A DNA stretch of 64,000 nt, from contig CAVYBH010000008.1 in the NCBI GenBank assembly GCA_963766715.1, forward strand, positions 608,001 to 672,000, given 5' to 3'. This document shows, in pieces, positions 60,321-64,000 of the stretch. Below the pieces are notes generated by a model that did not search any database, was not told where the DNA came from, and saw only the letters and a list, made by a program, of their open reading frames with translations. The first letter of the stretch is position 1, and each line of letters begins with the position of its first letter. The position numbers and the translations under genes are program-made. This stretch comes from an uncultured delta proteobacterium (GTDB lineage Bacteria > Myxococcota > Myxococcia > Myxococcales > Anaeromyxobacteraceae).

Positions 60321-61378
60321 CTCCCCCGCCGTCGAACACCCCGGCGATCCGCTCGCCGCACTCCGGGCAGGCGCCGCCGGGCCCGAGCAGGTTCTTCCGC
60401 ACCGAGTTCCAGTCCCTCCGCACGACCGCCTTCCCGCAGCGCGGGCAGAAGGTGCACTGTCCGTCGGGGTCGTGGACGTTGCCGGTGTAGACGTGGCGCA
60501 GGCCGGTCTCCCGGGCGATGCGCCGCGCCTCGGTGAGGGTCGCGGGCGGGGTCGGCGGCCGGTCGGTCATCTTCCACGCGGGGTGAAAGGCCGAGAAGTG
60601 GAGCGGGACGTCCGGGCCCATGTGCTTCCCGATCCACTCGGCGAGGCGGCGGATCTCCCCGGGGTCGTCGTTCAGGCCGGGGATGACGAGGTTCGTCACC
60701 TCGGTCCAGGTCCTCCCCTCCCTCGCCAGCCACTCGAGCGTCTCGAGCACCGGCGCGAGATGGGAGAGGGTCACCTTGGCGTAGAAGTCCTCGGTGAACG
60801 CCTTCAGGTCCACGTTCACCGCGTCCATGGTCGCGAAGATCTCCTCGCGCGGACGGGCCTCCACGAAGCCACTGGTGACGAAGACCGTCCGGATGCCTCG
60901 CCGCCGGGCCACGCGCGCCACGTCGATGGCCCACTCGGCCCAGATGATCGGGTCGTTGTAGGTGAAGGCGATGGACGGCGTCCCGGACGACTCGGCGAGC
61001 GCGACCACGTCCTCGGGGGACATCGCGGCCATCGATCGCCCCGACTCCCGCGCCTTGGAGATGTTCCAGTTCTGGCAGAAGCGACACCCCAGGTTGCAGC
61101 CCACCGTGCCGAAGGAGAGCACGCCCGTCCCGGGGAGGAAGTGGTAGAGCGGCTTCTTCTCGATCGGGTCGACCGCGAACCCGGTGCTCATTCCCGTAGG
61201 CGAGCAGGACCATCTGGCCGCCCTGGTTCTGCCGGACGTAGCAGAAGCCGGCCTGGCCGTCGGCGAGCGTGCACTCGCGGGGGCACAGCGTGCATCGGAG
61301 GCGTCCGTCCTCCTCCCGCTCGAAGAAGCGCGCGGGGTGGGCGGGGGCGCGGACCACCGGTTCAGCGAGGGAGGGCAT
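60317..61378 (-). CDS. amrS: AmmeMemoRadiSam system radical SAM enzyme, frameshift near 61190
   Basis: CTLCPREC..GFCYVR; DPIEKKPLYHF; GCNLGCRFCQNWNIS; AFTYNDP; VDLKAF; PLHFSAFHP; YTGNV. Confidence 0.92.
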   Translation of the reverse strand: MPSLAEPVVRAPAHPARFFEREEDGRLRCTLCPRECTLADGQAGFCYVRQNQGGQMVLLAYGNEHRVRGRPDREEAALPLPPRDGRALLRHGGLQPGVSLLPELEHLQGAGVGAIDGRDVPRGRGRARRVVRDAVHRLHLQRPDHLGRVGHRRGARGPAARHPDGLRHQWLRGGPSARGDLRDHGRGERGPEGVHRGLLRQGDPLPSRAGARDARVAGEGGEDLDRGDEPRHPRPERRPRGDPPPRRVDREAHGPGRPAPLLGLSPRVEDDRPAADPARDPHRGAAHRPGDRPAPRLHRQRPRPRRTVHLLPALREGGRAEGLELGAEEPARARRRLPGVRRADRRGVRRRGS

Positions 61379-61381
61379 CCT

Positions 61382-62828
61382 TCAGAGTAGTGTAAGTCCG
61401 TCTCGCGCCGAGGGAGTGTCCCCTCCCAGGTCCGGAAGGGAACGATGATGCCCTCCTGCAGCACCCGGCCCTTCAGCAGCACCTCGAAAGTGGCAGGCGC
61501 GCCGGCGCCCTCCGCGCGAAACAGGCGTCGCCCCAGCGGAATCTCCCCGACGGTCAGGAAGGGCTCCCCGATCCGGGGGTGCTGCGTCCCAGAGATCGAG
61601 CTGGACTGGGCGCTGGGACGCGGGCCCGAAGCGCGTCCATCCGGCGTAGAAGGCCAACTCGGCCGCGTCCTGGTAGCTCGATGGATAGACGAAGGGGTCT
61701 GCCGGATTGCAGCCGGGCGGGCTCCCGATCGACGTGCAGGCCTGCTCCGCCGCGGCCCGGGCGCGCTTCGCGAACTCGGGCCAGCCCCGGAAGCGCTTCA
61801 TCACCTCGCTGTCGGGCGGGATGAGGGTGGGGTTGCGGACCTCGAGGCCGAAGCCCACCGCGAAGAGCAGGCCCAGGCCGACGGTGAAGGCGAGCAGCCC
61901 CTGCGACCAGGCCGGCCGGAGGCGGAGGAGCGCCGCCGCGCCGGCGCCGCAGAGGGCGGGATAGACGAGCGCCCCCCAGTTGGCCTCGACCGGGCCGCGG
62001 AAGGCCGAGACGGCGGTGACGGCGATGGGCACGAGCGTCGCGGCGGCGACGCGCAGCGAGGCCGAGCCGCGCCCGCGCGCGAGCTGCCAGATTCCGAGCG
62101 GCAGGGCCACCACGCCCGCGCCGCCCAGCAGGCCGCCCGCGAACTCGAGGAAGGAGCGGATCGTGGCTTGGCTCCCCAGGCCGTGCCGGATCTGGAAGAG
62201 GATGGCGGACCACTCGTGGGTGGCGTTCCAGGCCAGGTTCGGCAGGAACACCAGGATCGGCGACGCCGCCGCCGAGCCAGGGCCACGGCGACCGGAGCTC
62301 CGCGCGGAGGTCCCGATCGAGGAGCACGAGCAGGAGCAGCGCCGGTGCGAGCAGGGCTGCGGTGTACTTGGAGAGGAGCGCGAGCCCCACCGCGACGCCG
62401 GCCGGTATCCAGGCCCGGCCCCGGGCCCGCGCCACGAGCCAGGTGGCGCAGGCGTAGGCCGCCGTCACCGGCGCGTCGGGCAAGGCCAGTCCCCCGGTGA
62501 GCACGAGGATGGGGGAGGTGGCGGCGAGCACCGCCGCGATGGCGGGGGCGCGCGGGTCGTCCGACAGCTCGCGGGCCACGAGCGCCGCGAAGACGATGGC
62601 CAGCCCGCCGCAGGCGAGGAAGAGGAGGCGCACGCCCAGCTCGCCGGGGACCACCGCGGAGGAGACCGCGATGATCCAGGCCACCATGGGCGGGTGATCG
62701 AAGTACCCGGCGGCCGGCCGGCGCGACCACATCCAGTAGTAGGCCTCGTCCGCATAGAGGTCGAGGCCGAGGAAGAGGAGCAGCCGGAAGGCCGTCGCGC
62801 CGATCGCGATGGACCAGACCGTTCGCAT
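61382..62828 (-). CDS. GT39/ArnT-like membrane glycosyltransferase, frameshift near 62260
   Basis: DEAYYWMWS..GYFDHPPMVAW; PDAP; LLSKYT; PNLAWN. Confidence 0.88.
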
Positions 62829-62949
62829 CTCCCCGCGGCGTGGCTGCATGGCCGCGCATCTTACATGCGAGACGCCCCGCTCGCCGCTTGCCCGGAGGGG
62901 CGAAACACCATAGGTATTCGCTTTCCGTTCCAGCGGATGGGGAGCACAC

Positions 62950-64000
62950 GTGACGTTCCGGGAAGCGGTCGAGAAGCGCGTCCTCGTCTTCGACGGGGCC
63001 ATGGGGACCCAAATCCAGGGGTTCGACCTCAAGGTCTCCGACTTCGGCGGCAAGGAGGGGGCGAACGACCTCCTCACGCTGACGCGTCCGGACCTGGTCG
63101 AGGCCATCCACGGCCGGTACTTCGCGGCCGGCTGCGACGTGGTGGAGACCAACACCTTCGGCTCGTCCCGGCTCAAGCTCGACGAGTACGAGCTGGGGCA
63201 CCGCACCTACGAGGTGAACTTCCGCGCCGCCATCCTGGCGCGGCGCGCCGCGGAGAAGCACGCCACGCCCGGGCAGCCCCGCTTCGTGGCCGGCTCGATC
63301 GGCCCGACCGGCATGCTGCCCTCCTCCTCCGACCCGGCGCTCTCGCGCATCACCGGCGACGCGCTCGAGAAGATCTTCCAGGAGCAGGCCCGCGCGCTGG
63401 TGGACGGCGGCGTCGACGCCATCCTCATCGAGACCCAGCAGGACATCCTCGAGCTGCGGGCCGCGGTGCTGGGCGCCGACGCGGCCCGGCGCGAGGCGAT
63501 GCGCGACGTCTTCGTCATCGCCCAGCCCACGCTCATCGACGCCTCCGGGCGCATGCTCCTCGGCACCGACATCTCGGCGGCCATCGCCACGCTCGAGCGG
63601 CTGCCGGTGGACGCGCTGGGCATCAACTGCTCCACCGGGCCTGCCGAGATGCGGGAGAGCGTGCGGACGCTCTGCCAGAAGTCGAGCCACTACGTCTCGG
63701 TGATGCCCAACGCCGGCCTCCCGGAGAACGTGAACGGGCGCGCCGTCTACAAGCTGTCGCCCGATGCGCTCGCCGACGCGCTGGCCGAGTTCGCCGGCGA
63801 CCTGGGCGTGGACATGGTGGGCGGCTGCTGCGGCACCACCCCGGAGCACATGGCCCGGGTGGTGCAGCGGATCCGGGCCCTCTCGACGCCGCGGCGCCGG
63901 CGCCCCCGCCCCTCCCCCGACCTCTCCTCGGCCATGAAGGCGGTGCCCCTCGACCTGCAGCCCCGGCCGCTGATCGTCGGGGAGCGGGTGAACAGCCAGG
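62950..64000 (+). CDS. metH: Cobalamin-dependent methionine synthase, 5' part (runs off the window)
   Basis: GTG after GGAG; VFDGAMGTQIQ; ETNTFG; AGSIGPT; GINCSTGP; PNAGLP; GGCCGTTPEH; IVGERVN (translated by hand; absent from the ORF track). Confidence 0.95.
   Translation, partial: MTFREAVEKRVLVFDGAMGTQIQGFDLKVSDFGGKEGANDLLTLTRPDLVEAIHGRYFAAGCDVVETNTFGSSRLKLDEYELGHRTYEVNFRAAILARRAAEKHATPGQPRFVAGSIGPTGMLPSSSDPALSRITGDALEKIFQEQARALVDGGVDAILIETQQDILELRAAVLGADAARREAMRDVFVIAQPTLIDASGRMLLGTDISAAIATLERLPVDALGINCSTGPAEMRESVRTLCQKSSHYVSVMPNAGLPENVNGRAVYKLSPDALADALAEFAGDLGVDMVGGCCGTTPEHMARVVQRIRALSTPRRRRPRPSPDLSSAMKAVPLDLQPRPLIVGERVNSQ

Noticed and set aside
62870..62949. SAH/SAM/cobalamin riboswitch upstream of metH
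   Set aside because: The region is short, and only GAGGGGCG resembles the SAH motif. The rest of the consensus is missing.

Overview
High-GC bacterial DNA whose gene content and style point to Myxococcota, probably Anaeromyxobacter-like (inference). Many single-base frameshifts, probably long-read errors, split genes or falsely fuse them in the ORF track, so I rebuilt genes by hand across frames and some boundaries are approximate. The left half (1-31.9 kb) is accessory. It holds two near-duplicate Tat-exported multicopper oxidases and several large secreted or lipid-anchored beta-sandwich proteins (PKD, FN3, IPT/TIG, Ig-like, plus two uncharacterised proteins that share a module). It also holds an orphan ECF sigma factor, a sigma-32-like factor, an asymmetric ThiF/MoeB gene pair, a CusBA-type copper pump without CusC, and two FNR-like boxes. 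This is the best candidate for an undescribed system: a cell-surface copper-oxidase/metal-redox apparatus. The right half is mostly housekeeping (M16 peptidases, Cas4-like nuclease, glgC, ogt, UvrD/PcrA, rnj, yajQ, rimO, argG, RluA, MATE, lolA, amrS, metH). It also has a 37-aa ORF with a hairpin-occluded RBS and an 11-2-11 inverted repeat upstream of a Cys-rich gene. I saw no rRNA, tRNA, CRISPR array or transposase. Family calls come from motif recognition, not database searches.
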